Shown here: positions 22,273-32,933 of the stretch, piece by piece
Layout of the letters: every line of letters begins with the position of its first letter
How positions within the stretch are numbered: position 1 is the first letter of the stretch
From: Syntrophomonadales bacterium
GTDB taxonomy: Bacteria; Bacillota; Syntrophomonadia; Syntrophomonadales; DTU052
Assembly (NCBI GenBank): GCA_050951725.1
Contig: JBMNJO010000024.1
Coordinates: 320,613-384,612 of the forward strand
Length of the DNA: 64,000 bases
Reading direction: 5' to 3'
Position numbers and translations under genes: made by a program
The notes under the pieces: generated by a model
The model's database searches: none
What the model was told of the DNA's origin: nothing
The model's input: the letters and a program-made list of their open reading frames with translations, nothing else

Positions 22273-22465
22273 GAAGATGGCGGAAATGACCACTGAAGAA
22301 CTGCAGAAGAAAGTTAGAGATTACAAAGATGAGCTATTCAATCTTAGATTTCAATTAGCCACCGGGCAGTTGGATAACCCCATGAGACTCGGGGAGGTCC
22401 GCAAAAACATCGCCCGGGCCAAGACGGTGTTGAGACAGCGGGAAATTCAAGGACATAGGGCCTAG
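22262..22465 (+). CDS. rpmC: 50S ribosomal protein L29 (start ambiguous: 22250, 22262 or 22277)
   Basis: ORF 22250..22465. GTG at 22262 gives [14 protein letters not shown], matching the usual MKAKE...EL N-terminus. [13 protein letters not shown] signature. Confidence 0.88.
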   Translation: MKAKKMAEMTTEELQKKVRDYKDELFNLRFQLATGQLDNPMRLGEVRKNIARAKTVLRQREIQGHRA

Positions 22466-22475
22466 AGGAGGTTGA

Positions 22476-22748
22476 ATGGTGACTGAGGACAGGGTACAAC
22501 GCCGGGTTAAAACTGGTCGTGTAGTCAGCAATAAGATGGAAAAAACCGTAACCGTGCGCATTGAGTCCGTGGTGCAGCACAGTCTATACAAGAAGACCAT
22601 TAGACGGAGCAAGAAATACAAAGCCCACGATGAGAATAACCAGTGCAGTATCGGGGATCTGGTTAAAATTATGGAAACCCGCCCCTTGAGCAAAGACAAG
22701 AGGTGGAGAGTAGTCGAGGTACTGGAGAAAGCCAAGACCTTACAATAG
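22476..22748 (+). CDS. rpsQ: 30S ribosomal protein S17
   Basis: 90-aa ORF: [14 protein letters not shown]...KYKAHDENN. Confidence 0.95.
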   Translation: MVTEDRVQRRVKTGRVVSNKMEKTVTVRIESVVQHSLYKKTIRRSKKYKAHDENNQCSIGDLVKIMETRPLSKDKRWRVVEVLEKAKTLQ

Positions 22749-22771
22749 ATGGCTGAAAGGAGGTTGCCGCA

Positions 22772-23140
22772 GTGATCCAGCCTCAAACGATGCTGCGTGT
22801 CGGCGACAATACAGGCGCAAAAAGAATTATGTGTATAAAGGTTTTGGGGGGATCCCTCCGAAGATATGCCACTGTTGGAGATGTCATTGTAGCTTCTGTG
22901 AAAGAGGCCGGTGTCGGGGGAGTAGTCAAAAAGGGTGACGTCGTTAAGGCGGTAGTAGTCCGCACCCGTAAAGAGATCCGTCGCCCTGACGGTTCCTACA
23001 TCAGATTCAGTGAGAATGCAGCAGTGATTATCGATGACAATAACAACCCGAAGGGTACCAGAATATTCGGACCGGTTGCCAGGGAATTAAGAGATCGCAA
23101 CTTCATGAAGATAGTATCACTGGCCCCCGAAGTCTTGTAG
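22772..23140 (+). CDS. rplN: 50S ribosomal protein L14
   Basis: 122-aa ORF: [17 protein letters not shown]. Confidence 0.98.
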   Translation: MIQPQTMLRVGDNTGAKRIMCIKVLGGSLRRYATVGDVIVASVKEAGVGGVVKKGDVVKAVVVRTRKEIRRPDGSYIRFSENAAVIIDDNNNPKGTRIFGPVARELRDRNFMKIVSLAPEVL

Positions 23141-23157
23141 AGCGGAGGTGAGTACTT

Positions 23158-23481
23158 TTGAGCCAGAAAATTCGGTTAAAGAAGGGTGACAGCGTATTGG
23201 TCCTGGCCGGCAAGGATGCCGGGCGAAAAGGCAAGATCCTGAAAGTCACTCCTGATAACAGAAAAGTGATAGTGGAAGGTATTAACAGAGTCAGGAAACA
23301 CCAACGACCGACCCGTGCATTACCGCAGGGTGGAATCCTCCGCATCGAAGCAGCACTTGACGCCTCCAATGTGATGTTGGTCTGTGGCAAGTGCGACCGA
23401 CCGACCAGGATTGGAAGCAAAATACTGGCCAATGGTGAGAAGGTTAGATGCTGCAAGAAATGCGGCGAGGTTTTGGAATAA
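23158..23481 (+). CDS. rplX: 50S ribosomal protein L24 (with C-terminal Cys4 motif)
   Basis: 107-aa ORF with a KOW motif (KKGDSVLVLAGKDAGRKGKI). C76/C79 and C99/C102 form CxxC...CxxC. Confidence 0.95.
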   Translation: MSQKIRLKKGDSVLVLAGKDAGRKGKILKVTPDNRKVIVEGINRVRKHQRPTRALPQGGILRIEAALDASNVMLVCGKCDRPTRIGSKILANGEKVRCCKKCGEVLE

Positions 23482-23502
23482 GGCCGAGGAGGAGGCTTAA
23501 GC

Positions 23503-24045
23503 GTGGCTAGACTGAAAGAGCAATATCGCAGCGAAATGGTGCCTAAACTCAAGGAGAAATTTGCCTACCGCAACACTATGGAGGTACCCAAAATAGAAAA
23601 GGTAATAATTAACATGGGGGTTGGTGAAGCCATACAGAACCCCAAATCTCTTGATGGGGCGGTAGCTGATCTCAGAACCATTTCCGGGCAGAAGCCTGTA
23701 ATTACCAAGGCCAAGGCTTCCATTGCCGGATTCAAATTAAGAGAAGGTATGTCGATCGGCTGCAAAGTAACCCTGCGCGGGGAACGCATGTATGAATTCC
23801 TGGATAAGTTGATTAACGTGGCCTTGCCCCGGGTGCGGGACTTCAGGGGAGTATCCCCCAAGGCTTTTGACGGTCGCGGGAATTACAGCCTGGGAATAAA
23901 AGAGCAGCTGATATTTCCAGAGATCGAATACGACAAAATTGATAAAATTCGTGGTTTGGAAGTGGTTATAGTAACTACTGCCAACACTGATGAAGAGGCC
24001 CGGGAGCTTCTCAGATTAATGGGAATGCCCTTCAGGGAACAGTAA
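23503..24045 (+). CDS. rplE: 50S ribosomal protein L5
   Basis: 180-aa ORF with GTG start. L5 family sequence. Confidence 0.96.
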   Translation: MARLKEQYRSEMVPKLKEKFAYRNTMEVPKIEKVIINMGVGEAIQNPKSLDGAVADLRTISGQKPVITKAKASIAGFKLREGMSIGCKVTLRGERMYEFLDKLINVALPRVRDFRGVSPKAFDGRGNYSLGIKEQLIFPEIEYDKIDKIRGLEVVIVTTANTDEEARELLRLMGMPFREQ

Positions 24046-24056
24046 GGAGGGAAGAT

Positions 24057-24242
24057 ATGGCAAAAAAATCAATGATTGCAAGCCAAAAGAGAACTGCCAA
24101 GTACGGGGTTCGAGAATATAATCGGTGCCGGGTATGCGGGAGACCGAGAGCCTATATGCGCAAGTTCGGGATCTGCCGTATCTGCTTCCGGCAGATGGCC
24201 CACCGGGGCGAAATACCAGGCATAACCAAGGCCAGTTGGTAG
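24057..24242 (+). CDS. rpsZ: 30S ribosomal protein S14 type Z (zinc form)
   Basis: 61-aa ORF: [22 protein letters not shown]. Confidence 0.96.
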   Translation: MAKKSMIASQKRTAKYGVREYNRCRVCGRPRAYMRKFGICRICFRQMAHRGEIPGITKASW

Positions 24243-24265
24243 TGGTAATAGAAGGAGGTTGAACT

Positions 24266-24664
24266 ATGGTCACGACAGACCCTATCGCCGATTTCCTGAC
24301 TCGTGTGAGGAACGCGAACATGGTCTCACATCCAACCGTTGAGATCCCAGGATCGAAGATGAAGTTGGCGATTGCTACCATACTGAAAGACGAAGGCTAT
24401 ATCAAGGATTTCGAGTTTATCGAAGACGGAAGACAGGGCATAATTCGTGTCTATCTGAAGTATGGTCCCAACCGCGAGAAAGTTATTACGGGTATTAAAA
24501 GGATCAGTAAACCGGGATTACGGGTGTATGTCAACAAAGATGATGTACCCAGAGTCCTGGGTGGATTTGGAACAGCGGTCATTTCCACCTCCCGTGGCCT
24601 GATGACAGACAAAAGGGCACGGAAAGAAGGAATAGGTGGAGAGGTCGTCTGTTATATCTGGTAA
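24266..24664 (+). CDS. rpsH: 30S ribosomal protein S8
   Basis: 132-aa ORF: [13 protein letters not shown]. Confidence 0.97.
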   Translation: MVTTDPIADFLTRVRNANMVSHPTVEIPGSKMKLAIATILKDEGYIKDFEFIEDGRQGIIRVYLKYGPNREKVITGIKRISKPGLRVYVNKDDVPRVLGGFGTAVISTSRGLMTDKRARKEGIGGEVVCYIW

Positions 24665-24682
24665 CGGAGGAGGCTAAGCAAG

Positions 24683-25225
24683 GTGTCACGCATAGGAAAG
24701 CGGCCCATAGACCTTCCCTCTGGTGTCGAGGTAACCTTGGGTGAAGGAAGAAGCATAACAGTTAAAGGTCCAAAAGGTGTTTTGAATTGGAATATCCCCA
24801 ATGGTATAGAAGTATCACAGGAAAGCAACCAGCTGTCAGTTACTAGAGCCAGTGATGCCAAGGAGCACCGGTCGCTGCATGGCTTAACCAGGGCCCTGAT
24901 CGCCAACATGGTTCATGGTGTTGAAAAAGGGTTTGAAAAGAAGCTAGAATTAGTCGGTACCGGATACAGAGCAGCGCTTCAGGGTAAAAAGCTGGTTTTG
25001 ACCGTGGGTTACTCGCACCCGGTGGAGTTTGAACCACCCGAAGGAATTGAGTTTGAAACCCCGGCAGCAACCCGCATAACTGTCAAAGGGATTGACAAAG
25101 AAAAGGTAGGCACCATGGCGGCTACCATAAGAGATGTACGCAGGCCTGAGCCTTACAAGGGCAAAGGTATCAAGTACGAAAACGAAAAGATCAGACGTAA
25201 GGCTGGAAAGGCCGGTAAGAAATAA
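24683..25225 (+). CDS. rplF: 50S ribosomal protein L6
   Basis: 180-aa ORF: [15 protein letters not shown]. Confidence 0.97.
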   Translation: MSRIGKRPIDLPSGVEVTLGEGRSITVKGPKGVLNWNIPNGIEVSQESNQLSVTRASDAKEHRSLHGLTRALIANMVHGVEKGFEKKLELVGTGYRAALQGKKLVLTVGYSHPVEFEPPEGIEFETPAATRITVKGIDKEKVGTMAATIRDVRRPEPYKGKGIKYENEKIRRKAGKAGKK

Positions 25226-25248
25226 AGGGAGAAAGGAGTGGCACGGAA

Positions 25249-25617
25249 TTGATCAATAAGCCGAGTCGCAATAAACTGCGGACGGGAAAGCATAAGAGAA
25301 TCCGCCGCAAAATGCAGGGCACTCCCGAGAAACCAAGGTTATGCGTCTTTCGCAGCCTGAATCATATCTATGCCCAGGTAATCGACGATGTTAACCATAA
25401 CACACTGGTAGCAGCGTCAACCCTGGAAACGGAAGTGCGGGACAGCATTAAGGATGGAAACAAGATGGACGCAGCCAAGGCCGTTGGAACAGCTGTAGCC
25501 AACAAGGCTCTGGCGAAAGGGATTTCGGAAGTAGTATTTGACCGTAATGGTTACAAGTATCACGGAAAAATCGCAGCCCTGGCAGGAGCGGCCAGAGAAG
25601 CCGGGCTAAAATTTTAG
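25249..25617 (+). CDS. rplR: 50S ribosomal protein L18
   Basis: 122-aa ORF: [18 protein letters not shown]. Confidence 0.96.
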   Translation: MINKPSRNKLRTGKHKRIRRKMQGTPEKPRLCVFRSLNHIYAQVIDDVNHNTLVAASTLETEVRDSIKDGNKMDAAKAVGTAVANKALAKGISEVVFDRNGYKYHGKIAALAGAAREAGLKF

Positions 25618-25635
25618 CTAAAGGAGGGAACCACG

Positions 25636-26133
25636 ATCGAAAGGGAACAAAACGCACCGGAGCTTATCGAGAAGGTAGTGACTGTAAGAAGAGTAGCCAA
25701 GGTCGTAAAGGGCGGTCGTCGCTTTAGTTTCAGTGCCGTAGTCGTTGTTGGCGATGGTGAAGGAAAAGTTGGTGCCGGCTTGGGTAAAGCGGGTGAAGTT
25801 CCGGAAGCTATCCGAAAAGGCGTTGAAGACGCAAAAAAGAATATGATAGAAGTTCCCATGAAAGGAACTACCATCACTCACGATGTTATCGGAGTATTTG
25901 GAGCCGGACGGGTACTGTTAAAAGCCGCAGCTCCCGGAACAGGAGTTATAGCCGGTGGGCCAGTCAGAGCCGTCTTGGAAGCCGCCGGGGTGAAGGACAT
26001 TTTGACCAAGTCTTTGGGGTCCTCCAATGCCAATAACATGGTGCGGGCTACCATAGAAGGAATAAAATCGCTGAAACAAGCTGATAAGGTGGCGCGGTTA
26101 AGGGGTAAGACCATCCAGGAAATCATAGGCTAG
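25636..26133 (+). CDS. rpsE: 30S ribosomal protein S5. Probable non-canonical ATC start at 25636; the conservative alternative is GTG at 25678
   Basis: ORF track starts at GTG 25678 ([16 protein letters not shown]). The frame is open from 25618 and encodes PELIEKVV, which aligns with the conserved S5 N-terminus. The strong RBS AAGGAGGG (25621-25628) lies 7 nt before ATC. Confidence 0.9.
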   Translation: MEREQNAPELIEKVVTVRRVAKVVKGGRRFSFSAVVVVGDGEGKVGAGLGKAGEVPEAIRKGVEDAKKNMIEVPMKGTTITHDVIGVFGAGRVLLKAAAPGTGVIAGGPVRAVLEAAGVKDILTKSLGSSNANNMVRATIEGIKSLKQADKVARLRGKTIQEIIG

Positions 26134-26145
26134 GGGGTAGTTGCT

Positions 26146-26328
26146 TTGGGTAAAATGCTCAAAATAACCTGGGAGAAAAGTACTATAGGATCTGTTAAAT
26201 CCCAGAGAGCTACTATAAAGAGCTTAGGGCTGAGAAAACTGAACCAGTCCGTGATCAAGGAAGACACTCCCCAGATACGGGGGATGATTGACAAGGTACA
26301 TCATTTGGTTACGGTCGAAGAGTTATAG
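26146..26328 (+). CDS. rpmD: 50S ribosomal protein L30
   Basis: 60-aa ORF (TTG start, or ATG at 26155): [25 protein letters not shown]. Confidence 0.93.
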   Translation: MGKMLKITWEKSTIGSVKSQRATIKSLGLRKLNQSVIKEDTPQIRGMIDKVHHLVTVEEL

Positions 26329-26344
26329 CTTGAGGAGGTTAATG

Positions 26345-26785
26345 ATGAAACTTCATGATTTGCAATCTCCTGCTGGCGCCGTTCACAAGCCGAAACGGGT
26401 TGGCCGGGGTACGGGATCAGGTCATGGCAAGACATCGACCAGAGGTCACAAAGGACAGAAGGCCCGTTCAGGCGGCGGAGTAAGACCAGGCTTTGAGGGC
26501 GGGCAAATGCCTTTACAACGGAGGATTCCCAAACGGGGGTTCACCAACATATTTAAAAAGACTTACAGCATTGTTAATGTGAAAGAACTTGAAATATTCG
26601 ATGATGACACGGTTGTGACTCCCGCTCTGCTGAGAGAAAAAGGTCTGATAAAATCAGCTCAGGATGGGGTCAAGATTCTAGGCGACGGAGAACTGACCAA
26701 AAGGCTGGTAGTTAAGGCCCATAAAGTCAGTCAAGCGGCGGAAAGCAAAATCTCTGCCAGGGGTGGCCAGATTGAGGTGATTTAG
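26345..26785 (+). CDS. rplO: 50S ribosomal protein L15
   Basis: ORF 26288..26785. ATG at 26345 lies 7 nt after GAGGAGG and gives [12 protein letters not shown]. Confidence 0.94.
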   Translation: MKLHDLQSPAGAVHKPKRVGRGTGSGHGKTSTRGHKGQKARSGGGVRPGFEGGQMPLQRRIPKRGFTNIFKKTYSIVNVKELEIFDDDTVVTPALLREKGLIKSAQDGVKILGDGELTKRLVVKAHKVSQAAESKISARGGQIEVI

Positions 26786-28066
26786 TTGCTTGGTTCATTG
26801 CAGCAAGCGTTTAAAATCGGGGATCTTAAGCAAAAGGTGTTGTTCACCCTCTTAATGTTTGCGGTGTTTAGACTGGGAGTTCATATACCTGTTCCGGGAA
26901 TCAACCCGGATGCCCTGAGTGAATTGCTGAAGAACCAGTTTCTGGGGTTTTTCGATGTAATCTCCGGGGGGGCGTTCCAAAGGTTCAGCATATTCGCCAT
27001 GAGCATAACCCCCTATATTAACGCTTCTATCATAATGCAGCTGTTAACGGTTGTTATTCCCAAGCTGGAGCAGCTCAACAAAGAAGGGGAAGAAGGCCGT
27101 AAGAAGATTGCACAGTACACCCGGTACGGTACAGTTGTTCTGGGATTCATTCAGGCCATCGGTATCGCTATTGCCCTGGGTCGTTACACGGGGACTGGCG
27201 GGCAAATGGTAGTTCAAAACCCGGGTTTTGTATCGTATATGATGATCGCAATTTGCCTTACCGCAGGTACAGCATTACTGATGTGGATTGGTGAGCTGAT
27301 AACAGAAAGAGGGATCGGCAACGGAATCTCACTGATAATATTTGCCGGGATAGTAGCTCGTATCCCCAGCGGCGTGACCGGGGTTTTTGAGTATCTGCAA
27401 GCCGGAACCGCCAGCTATTTTAGCGTGTTGCTGTTTGTGGTAATTGCCCTGGTAATGATAGCTGCGGTGGTAGGCCTGAATGAGGGCCAGCGCAGACTGC
27501 CGGTACAGTATGCCAAAAGGGTTGTGGGCAGAAAAGTTTATGGCGGACAGAGTACCTTTTTACCACTGAAGGTGAACACTGCCGGGGTTATACCGATAAT
27601 ATTTGCTATGTCGATAATGATGTTTCCAGGTACCATTAGTTCCTGGTTCCAAAACTCAGGTTTCAACAACTGGATGAATACCTATTTCCATTTTGGAAGT
27701 CCTTTGTATAACACAATCTATGCCTTGTTGATTATTTTCTTTACCTACTTCTATACCGCTGTGGTCTTTAACCCTATGGACGTGGCGGATAACATAAAGA
27801 AGTATGGTGGATTTGTACCGGGGATACGTCCAGGGAGACCAACTGCAGAGCATATAGATAAGGTCTTGGGCAGGCTTACGCTGGCAGGCGGTGTATTCTA
27901 TGCTTTTGTAGCAATACTGCCCAACTTTGTAATCGCCTTAACCGGTTTGACCAATATCTGGTTTGGAGGAACCGCACTTCTAATCGTAGTTGGGGTGGCG
28001 TTAGACACCATGAAACAGATAGAGGCTCACTTGTTGCTCAGGAGTTACGAAGGTTTTGTTAAATAG
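26786..28066 (+). CDS. secY: Preprotein translocase subunit SecY
   Basis: 426-aa polytopic membrane ORF with TTG start. Position after rplO. Confidence 0.97.
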   Translation: MLGSLQQAFKIGDLKQKVLFTLLMFAVFRLGVHIPVPGINPDALSELLKNQFLGFFDVISGGAFQRFSIFAMSITPYINASIIMQLLTVVIPKLEQLNKEGEEGRKKIAQYTRYGTVVLGFIQAIGIAIALGRYTGTGGQMVVQNPGFVSYMMIAICLTAGTALLMWIGELITERGIGNGISLIIFAGIVARIPSGVTGVFEYLQAGTASYFSVLLFVVIALVMIAAVVGLNEGQRRLPVQYAKRVVGRKVYGGQSTFLPLKVNTAGVIPIIFAMSIMMFPGTISSWFQNSGFNNWMNTYFHFGSPLYNTIYALLIIFFTYFYTAVVFNPMDVADNIKKYGGFVPGIRPGRPTAEHIDKVLGRLTLAGGVFYAFVAILPNFVIALTGLTNIWFGGTALLIVVGVALDTMKQIEAHLLLRSYEGFVK

Positions 28067-28083
28067 GACAGGAGATGAAGTAG

Positions 28084-28740
28084 ATGAACGTCATTTTGGT
28101 TGGACCTCCCGGCGCTGGTAAAGGTACACAGGCCGAAACAATTGTTGAACACTTTAAAATCCCCCATGTTTCCACTGGAGACATGTTCCGGGATGCGGTT
28201 CGCCAGGGCACTGAACTGGGTAAAAGAGCCCAGGAATACATGAATGCCGGTAAACTTGTTCCTGACGAAGTAACCATTGGTATTGTAAAAGAAAGACTAA
28301 GCCAACCTGATTGCGACAAAGGTTTCCTGTTGGACGGATTTCCGCGCACTGTGGTGCAGGCTGAAGCTCTTGATGGAATAATGGACAGCCTGGGCAAAAA
28401 GATTGAAGTGGTAGTAAACATCGCTGTACCGGACGAAATTATTGTAGAACGCATCGTAGGACGCCGGTCATGTAAGAAATGCAACACCGTCTATCACACC
28501 AAGTTCAACCCTCCTAAGGTGGAAGGTATATGTGACAAGTGTGGCGAGCCGTTGTTCCAAAGAGCCGATGACCAGGAAGAGACTGCGGTTCAAAGACTTA
28601 GGGTTTATGCGGAGCAGACTAACCCGGTACTCGATTTTTATTCGAAAAAAGGTGTTGTCAAAGACATCGATGGTAACCGCGCCAGGTCGGCAGTCTGGGA
28701 AGATGTAAAAAAAGCACTGGAGTCTTATGATAATAATTAA
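28084..28740 (+). CDS. adk: Adenylate kinase (zinc-lid type)
   Basis: 218-aa ORF: GPPGAGKGTQ P-loop. Lid CKKC...CDKC. Confidence 0.97.
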   Translation: MNVILVGPPGAGKGTQAETIVEHFKIPHVSTGDMFRDAVRQGTELGKRAQEYMNAGKLVPDEVTIGIVKERLSQPDCDKGFLLDGFPRTVVQAEALDGIMDSLGKKIEVVVNIAVPDEIIVERIVGRRSCKKCNTVYHTKFNPPKVEGICDKCGEPLFQRADDQEETAVQRLRVYAEQTNPVLDFYSKKGVVKDIDGNRARSAVWEDVKKALESYDNN

Positions 28741-29473
28741 GACCAAAAAAGAACTGGAGATCATGCGACAAGCGGGCCTCATTGTTGCTGATACCCTGGA
28801 AAGGTTAGCCGGGCTGGTTAAGCCCGGCATAACCACCGCTGCCCTTGACCATTTTGCCGAAAGATATATTGTTGATCGGGGAGCGAAGGCCTCCTTCAAG
28901 GGGTACAATGGGTTTCCAGCGTCAGTTTGTGTTTCAGTCAATGAAGATGTTGTTCACGGGATACCAGGTGAACGTCGCTTAAAAGAAGGCGACATCGTGA
29001 GCATAGACCTGGGAGCAATTGTAAATGGATGGCACGGTGATGCGGCGATTACCGTGCCGGTTGGAGAGGTCGATCCTGAGATAATGCGATTGCTAAAGGT
29101 CACCGAGGAGTCGCTTTATCAGGGTATCAAAGCGGCACAGGTAGGGGCCAGGTTAGGTATGGTCTCAAACGCCATACAGAGTTACGTAGAAAGGGCCGGC
29201 TTTTCCGTAGTCAGACAATACGTAGGACACGGCATCGGTAGGCAGATGCATGAAGACCCACCAGTTCCAAACTATGGCCGGCAGGACCGGGGACCGGTGC
29301 TGGCAGAAGGTATGACCATTGCCATTGAACCGATGGTTAATGTCGGGGGATATGAAGTTCTGGTTAAACCTGATAACTGGACTGTATATACCAAAGATGG
29401 CAGTTATTCGGCTCATTTTGAGCATACCGTAGCCATTACCAGTAATGGGCCGGAGATTCTGACCCGCAAGTAA
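28727..29473 (+). CDS. map: Methionine aminopeptidase type I
   Basis: 248-aa ORF with metal ligands in DIVSIDLGA, HGIG and SAHFEHT. Confidence 0.96.
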   Translation: MIIIKTKKELEIMRQAGLIVADTLERLAGLVKPGITTAALDHFAERYIVDRGAKASFKGYNGFPASVCVSVNEDVVHGIPGERRLKEGDIVSIDLGAIVNGWHGDAAITVPVGEVDPEIMRLLKVTEESLYQGIKAAQVGARLGMVSNAIQSYVERAGFSVVRQYVGHGIGRQMHEDPPVPNYGRQDRGPVLAEGMTIAIEPMVNVGGYEVLVKPDNWTVYTKDGSYSAHFEHTVAITSNGPEILTRK

Positions 29474-29490
29474 TGGAGGTGCTTACATGG

Positions 29491-29811
29491 ATGGATGAAT
29501 TAGTCGGCAGGCTAGTTGTCTCCAAAGCTGGTCGGGATAAAGGGAAGCCTTTTGTTATTATTAAGGTTATTAATGACAGGTTTGTCCTGTTGGCGGATGG
29601 TGAGCTGAGGAAAGTGGATAATCCCAAAATAAAAAACATCAAGCATCTTCAAGTGATCAATAGGGGGTTACCCGAAATAACTGCTATCCTCGAACGAGGA
29701 GAAGTCCTGGAAAACCACCGCTTACGGAAACTGGTGCGGAGTTCGTGGTCAGAGTACCAGGAGGAAAACAGGGAAGGAGGGTCCCTTTGTGACGAAAGAG
29801 GATGTCATTGA
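29491..29811 (+). CDS. KOW-domain RNA-binding protein (conserved small protein between map and infA)
   Basis: ORF 29473..29811. ATG at 29491 lies 9 nt after [27 protein letters not shown] is a KOW motif. Confidence 0.7.
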   Translation: MDELVGRLVVSKAGRDKGKPFVIIKVINDRFVLLADGELRKVDNPKIKNIKHLQVINRGLPEITAILERGEVLENHRLRKLVRSSWSEYQEENREGGSLCDERGCH

Positions 29812-30007
29812 GGTTGAGGGTAAGGTGATTGAACCACTTCCAAACGCTATGTTTACCGTTCAACTTGATAACGGGCATAAAGTGTTAGCTCATATCTCCG
29901 GTAAAATGCGGATGCATTTCATAAGAATTCTCCCAGGAGATAGGGTCACGGTGGAGCTTTCGCCGTATGACTTGAATCGTGGCCGAATTGTATACAGGTT
30001 CAAATAA
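29789..30007 (+). CDS. infA: Translation initiation factor IF-1
   Basis: 72-aa ORF with GTG start: [20 protein letters not shown]...[16 protein letters not shown]. Confidence 0.97.
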   Translation: MTKEDVIEVEGKVIEPLPNAMFTVQLDNGHKVLAHISGKMRMHFIRILPGDRVTVELSPYDLNRGRIVYRFK

Positions 30008-30021
30008 AGGAGGGCCCTTGG

Positions 30022-30135
30022 ATGAAAGTTAGACCATCTGTAAAACCCATGTGCGAAAAGTGCAAGATTATCAAGCGCAAGGGCAGAGTCATGGTGATTT
30101 GTGAGAATCCCAAGCATAAACAAAGACAAGGTTAG
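30022..30135 (+). CDS. rpmJ: 50S ribosomal protein L36 (zinc form)
   Basis: Absent from the ORF track because it is only 37 aa. Hand translation: [37 protein letters not shown]. Confidence 0.93.
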   Translation: MKVRPSVKPMCEKCKIIKRKGRVMVICENPKHKQRQG

Positions 30136-30150
30136 TGGAGGTGAAAAGAT

Positions 30151-30522
30151 TTGGCAAGAATAGCTGGTGTTGACTTGCCTCGTGATAAGAGAGTAGAGGT
30201 AGCACTTACCTATATTTTCGGGATTGGGAGACCTTCGGCCCGCAAGATAGTGGCCTTAACAGGTATAAATCCTGATACCCGGGTTAAAGATTTAACCGAG
30301 GAAGAAGTTGCCAAAATAAGAGAGGTCATCAACAAGAACCACAAGGTTGAGGGAGACCTGCGCCGTGAGGTCAGCATGAATATCAAGCGGCTTATGGATA
30401 TCGGGTGTTACCGGGGACTGAGGCATCGCCGCGGCCTTCCGGTACGCGGGCAACGTACCAAAACCAATGCCAGAACCCGCAAAGGCCCACGCCGCGCTGT
30501 GGCGGCCAAGAGGAAGAAGTAA
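30151..30522 (+). CDS. rpsM: 30S ribosomal protein S13
   Basis: 123-aa ORF with TTG start: [15 protein letters not shown]. Confidence 0.97.
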   Translation: MARIAGVDLPRDKRVEVALTYIFGIGRPSARKIVALTGINPDTRVKDLTEEEVAKIREVINKNHKVEGDLRREVSMNIKRLMDIGCYRGLRHRRGLPVRGQRTKTNARTRKGPRRAVAAKRKK

Positions 30523-30540
30523 AGGAGGAACAAGCAATAA

Positions 30541-30936
30541 ATGGCGCGTAGAGGAGCTACTACGAGGATTAAAAGACGGGAAAGAAAAAACATCGACTTC
30601 GGCATTGCTCATATCAAATCGACCTTTAATAATACTGTTATTACCATCACTGACAGAGAGGGCAATGCAATTTCCTGGGCCAGTGCGGGAACCGTCGGTT
30701 TTAAGGGCTCACGTAAGAGCACTCCATATGCGGCTCAACAAGCAGCAGAGTTAGCAGCTCGTTCAGCTATGGAACATGGAATGAAGGAAGTTGAGTGTTA
30801 TGTTAAGGGACCCGGATCTGGTCGTGAGGCCGCGATTCGTTCCCTGCAAGCGGCTGGTCTCGAGGTTAGCGTTATCAAGGACGTTACGCCCATACCGCAC
30901 AATGGATGCAGACCACCAAAGAGAAGAAGGGTTTAA
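30541..30936 (+). CDS. rpsK: 30S ribosomal protein S11
   Basis: 131-aa ORF: [18 protein letters not shown]. Confidence 0.97.
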   Translation: MARRGATTRIKRRERKNIDFGIAHIKSTFNNTVITITDREGNAISWASAGTVGFKGSRKSTPYAAQQAAELAARSAMEHGMKEVECYVKGPGSGREAAIRSLQAAGLEVSVIKDVTPIPHNGCRPPKRRRV

Positions 30937-30952
30937 AGGGGGTTTTTAATCA

Positions 30953-31582
30953 GTGGGAAGATATACTGGCTCGGTTTGCCGCCAGTGCAGAAGAGAAGGG
31001 GAAAAACTTTTTCTTAAGGGCGACAGGTGTTATTCTCCAAAATGCGCTGTAGACCGTAAACCCTACGGACCTGGGCAGCATGGCCAGGGTAGGCCTAAGA
31101 AACCGACAGAGTATGGATTACAACTTCGTGAAAAGCAAAAAGCTAAGAGAATTTACGGGGTCATGGAAAAGCAGTTCCGTAATTACTTTGATAAAGCGGA
31201 ACGCCAGGGCGGCATCACGGGGGAAAACCTCCTGATTCTCTTGGAGAGACGGCTGGACAACGTTGTGTACAGATTGGGACTGGCAGCCTCTCGCAAAGAA
31301 GCCAGGCAGCTTATTAGTCACGGGCATTTCACTGTTAATGGGAAAAAGGTTAATATCCCTTCGTTTTTAGTTAAACAGGGACAGGAAATAGAAGTAAGAA
31401 GTCGCAGCAAAGAATCTCCCAAGTTCAAGGAGATACAGGCTCAAGCTGCGTATAGAACTCCTCCAGAGTGGTTGGATCTTGATGTTGAAAATCTGAGGGC
31501 CCATGTCCTGGCACTTCCAAAACGGGAAAACATCGAGGCGACCATAGCTGAGCACCTCATCGTTGAGCTTTACTCCCGATAG
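30953..31582 (+). CDS. rpsD: 30S ribosomal protein S4 (Cys4 N-terminus)
   Basis: 209-aa ORF with GTG start: [23 protein letters not shown]. Confidence 0.97.
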   Translation: MGRYTGSVCRQCRREGEKLFLKGDRCYSPKCAVDRKPYGPGQHGQGRPKKPTEYGLQLREKQKAKRIYGVMEKQFRNYFDKAERQGGITGENLLILLERRLDNVVYRLGLAASRKEARQLISHGHFTVNGKKVNIPSFLVKQGQEIEVRSRSKESPKFKEIQAQAAYRTPPEWLDLDVENLRAHVLALPKRENIEATIAEHLIVELYSR

Positions 31583-31621
31583 GTTCAGGCTGTATTAAAT
31601 CCAGCCGAAGGAGGGTGAAAG

Positions 31622-32569
31622 ATGCTTGAAATTGAAAAGCCTAGGATAGAGTGTGTTGAAAAGGATACGGATACCCATTATGCCAAGTTTGTGATCGAAC
31701 CGCTGGAAAGAGGCTATGGGATTACCTTGGGTAATTCACTGCGCCGGGTACTCATGTCCTCACTCCCGGGTGCAGCCATAAGTTCAATCAAAATCGACGG
31801 CATACTACATGAGTTCTCAACCCTACCCGGGGTTATGGAAGATATCACCGAGGTAATTCTTAACCTTAAACAGGTGGTTCTGAAGTATGAAGGTGAAGAA
31901 CCCAAAATTCTGCGGCTTGAGCAGAAGGGCCAAAAGACTGTGGTGGCCGGTGATATTGAGCGGGATGCTGAGGTTGAGATTCTAAACCCGGAACTTCATA
32001 TTGCCACCATGAATGATGAAGCCGAACTGGTTATGGAGTTGACTGTCGAAAGAGGCCGTGGTTACGTAAGTGCGGATCAGAAAAAGAAAGGTGACGAGGT
32101 TATCGGGGTTATTCCCATTGATTCCATCTATACCCCGATAAGAAAAGTCAACTTTACGGTGGAGAATGCGCGGGTAGGACGCATTACTGACTATGATCGC
32201 CTGATGCTTGAAGTATGGACTAATGGCAGTATTACGCCTGAAGAAGGCATTAGTCTGGCATCCAAGATTCTAGTCAACTACCTCAAACTGTTTTCGGAAA
32301 TGGACGATGGTCATACTGAAGTCGAGATACTGGTGGAAAAAGAAGAAGAGAAGAAGGACAAAATTCCGGATATGCCCATTGAGGAATTGGAGTTGTCAGT
32401 GCGGGCCTCTAACGGTCTGAAACGGGCCAGTATCAATACTGTGGGGGACCTGGTGGAGAAGACCCGTGAAGAAATGGGCAAAATCAGGAATCTGGGACAG
32501 AAATCCCTGGACGAGATCGAATCAAAGTTGAGAGAGTTGGGACTCTCATTTAAACAGCCCGAAGACTAG
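31622..32569 (+). CDS. rpoA: DNA-directed RNA polymerase alpha subunit
   Basis: 315-aa ORF with alpha NTD and CTD ([23 protein letters not shown]). Confidence 0.98.
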   Translation: MLEIEKPRIECVEKDTDTHYAKFVIEPLERGYGITLGNSLRRVLMSSLPGAAISSIKIDGILHEFSTLPGVMEDITEVILNLKQVVLKYEGEEPKILRLEQKGQKTVVAGDIERDAEVEILNPELHIATMNDEAELVMELTVERGRGYVSADQKKKGDEVIGVIPIDSIYTPIRKVNFTVENARVGRITDYDRLMLEVWTNGSITPEEGISLASKILVNYLKLFSEMDDGHTEVEILVEKEEEKKDKIPDMPIEELELSVRASNGLKRASINTVGDLVEKTREEMGKIRNLGQKSLDEIESKLRELGLSFKQPED

Positions 32570-32589
32570 CAGGGAAGGGGGAAGCACAG

Positions 32590-32931
32590 TTGGGATACAG
32601 AAGATTGGGAGTAAGAAGTGACCACAGAAGATCCTTACTTAGGAATTCAGTCACCTCGCTGCTGGCCCATGAAAAGATAACCACCACCGAAACTCGAGCC
32701 AAGGAGATCAAAAGGGTAACCGACAAGGTCATTACCCTGGGCAAAAAAGGTGATCTGCACTCCAGACGTCAGGCCTTGTCATATCTGACGGATGAGAAAG
32801 TGGTCCGCAAGGTGTTTGATGACCTGGCCAAGAGATATGATGATAGGCCGGGCGGTTACACCCGCATCATCAAATCTGGATTCCGCAAGGGTGACGGTGC
32901 ACCCATGGCGATAATTGAGTTAGTGAAGTAA
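32590..32931 (+). CDS. rplQ: 50S ribosomal protein L17
   Basis: 113-aa ORF with TTG start: GYRRLGVRSDHRRSLLRN. Confidence 0.96.
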   Translation: MGYRRLGVRSDHRRSLLRNSVTSLLAHEKITTTETRAKEIKRVTDKVITLGKKGDLHSRRQALSYLTDEKVVRKVFDDLAKRYDDRPGGYTRIIKSGFRKGDGAPMAIIELVK

Positions 32932-32933
32932 GG

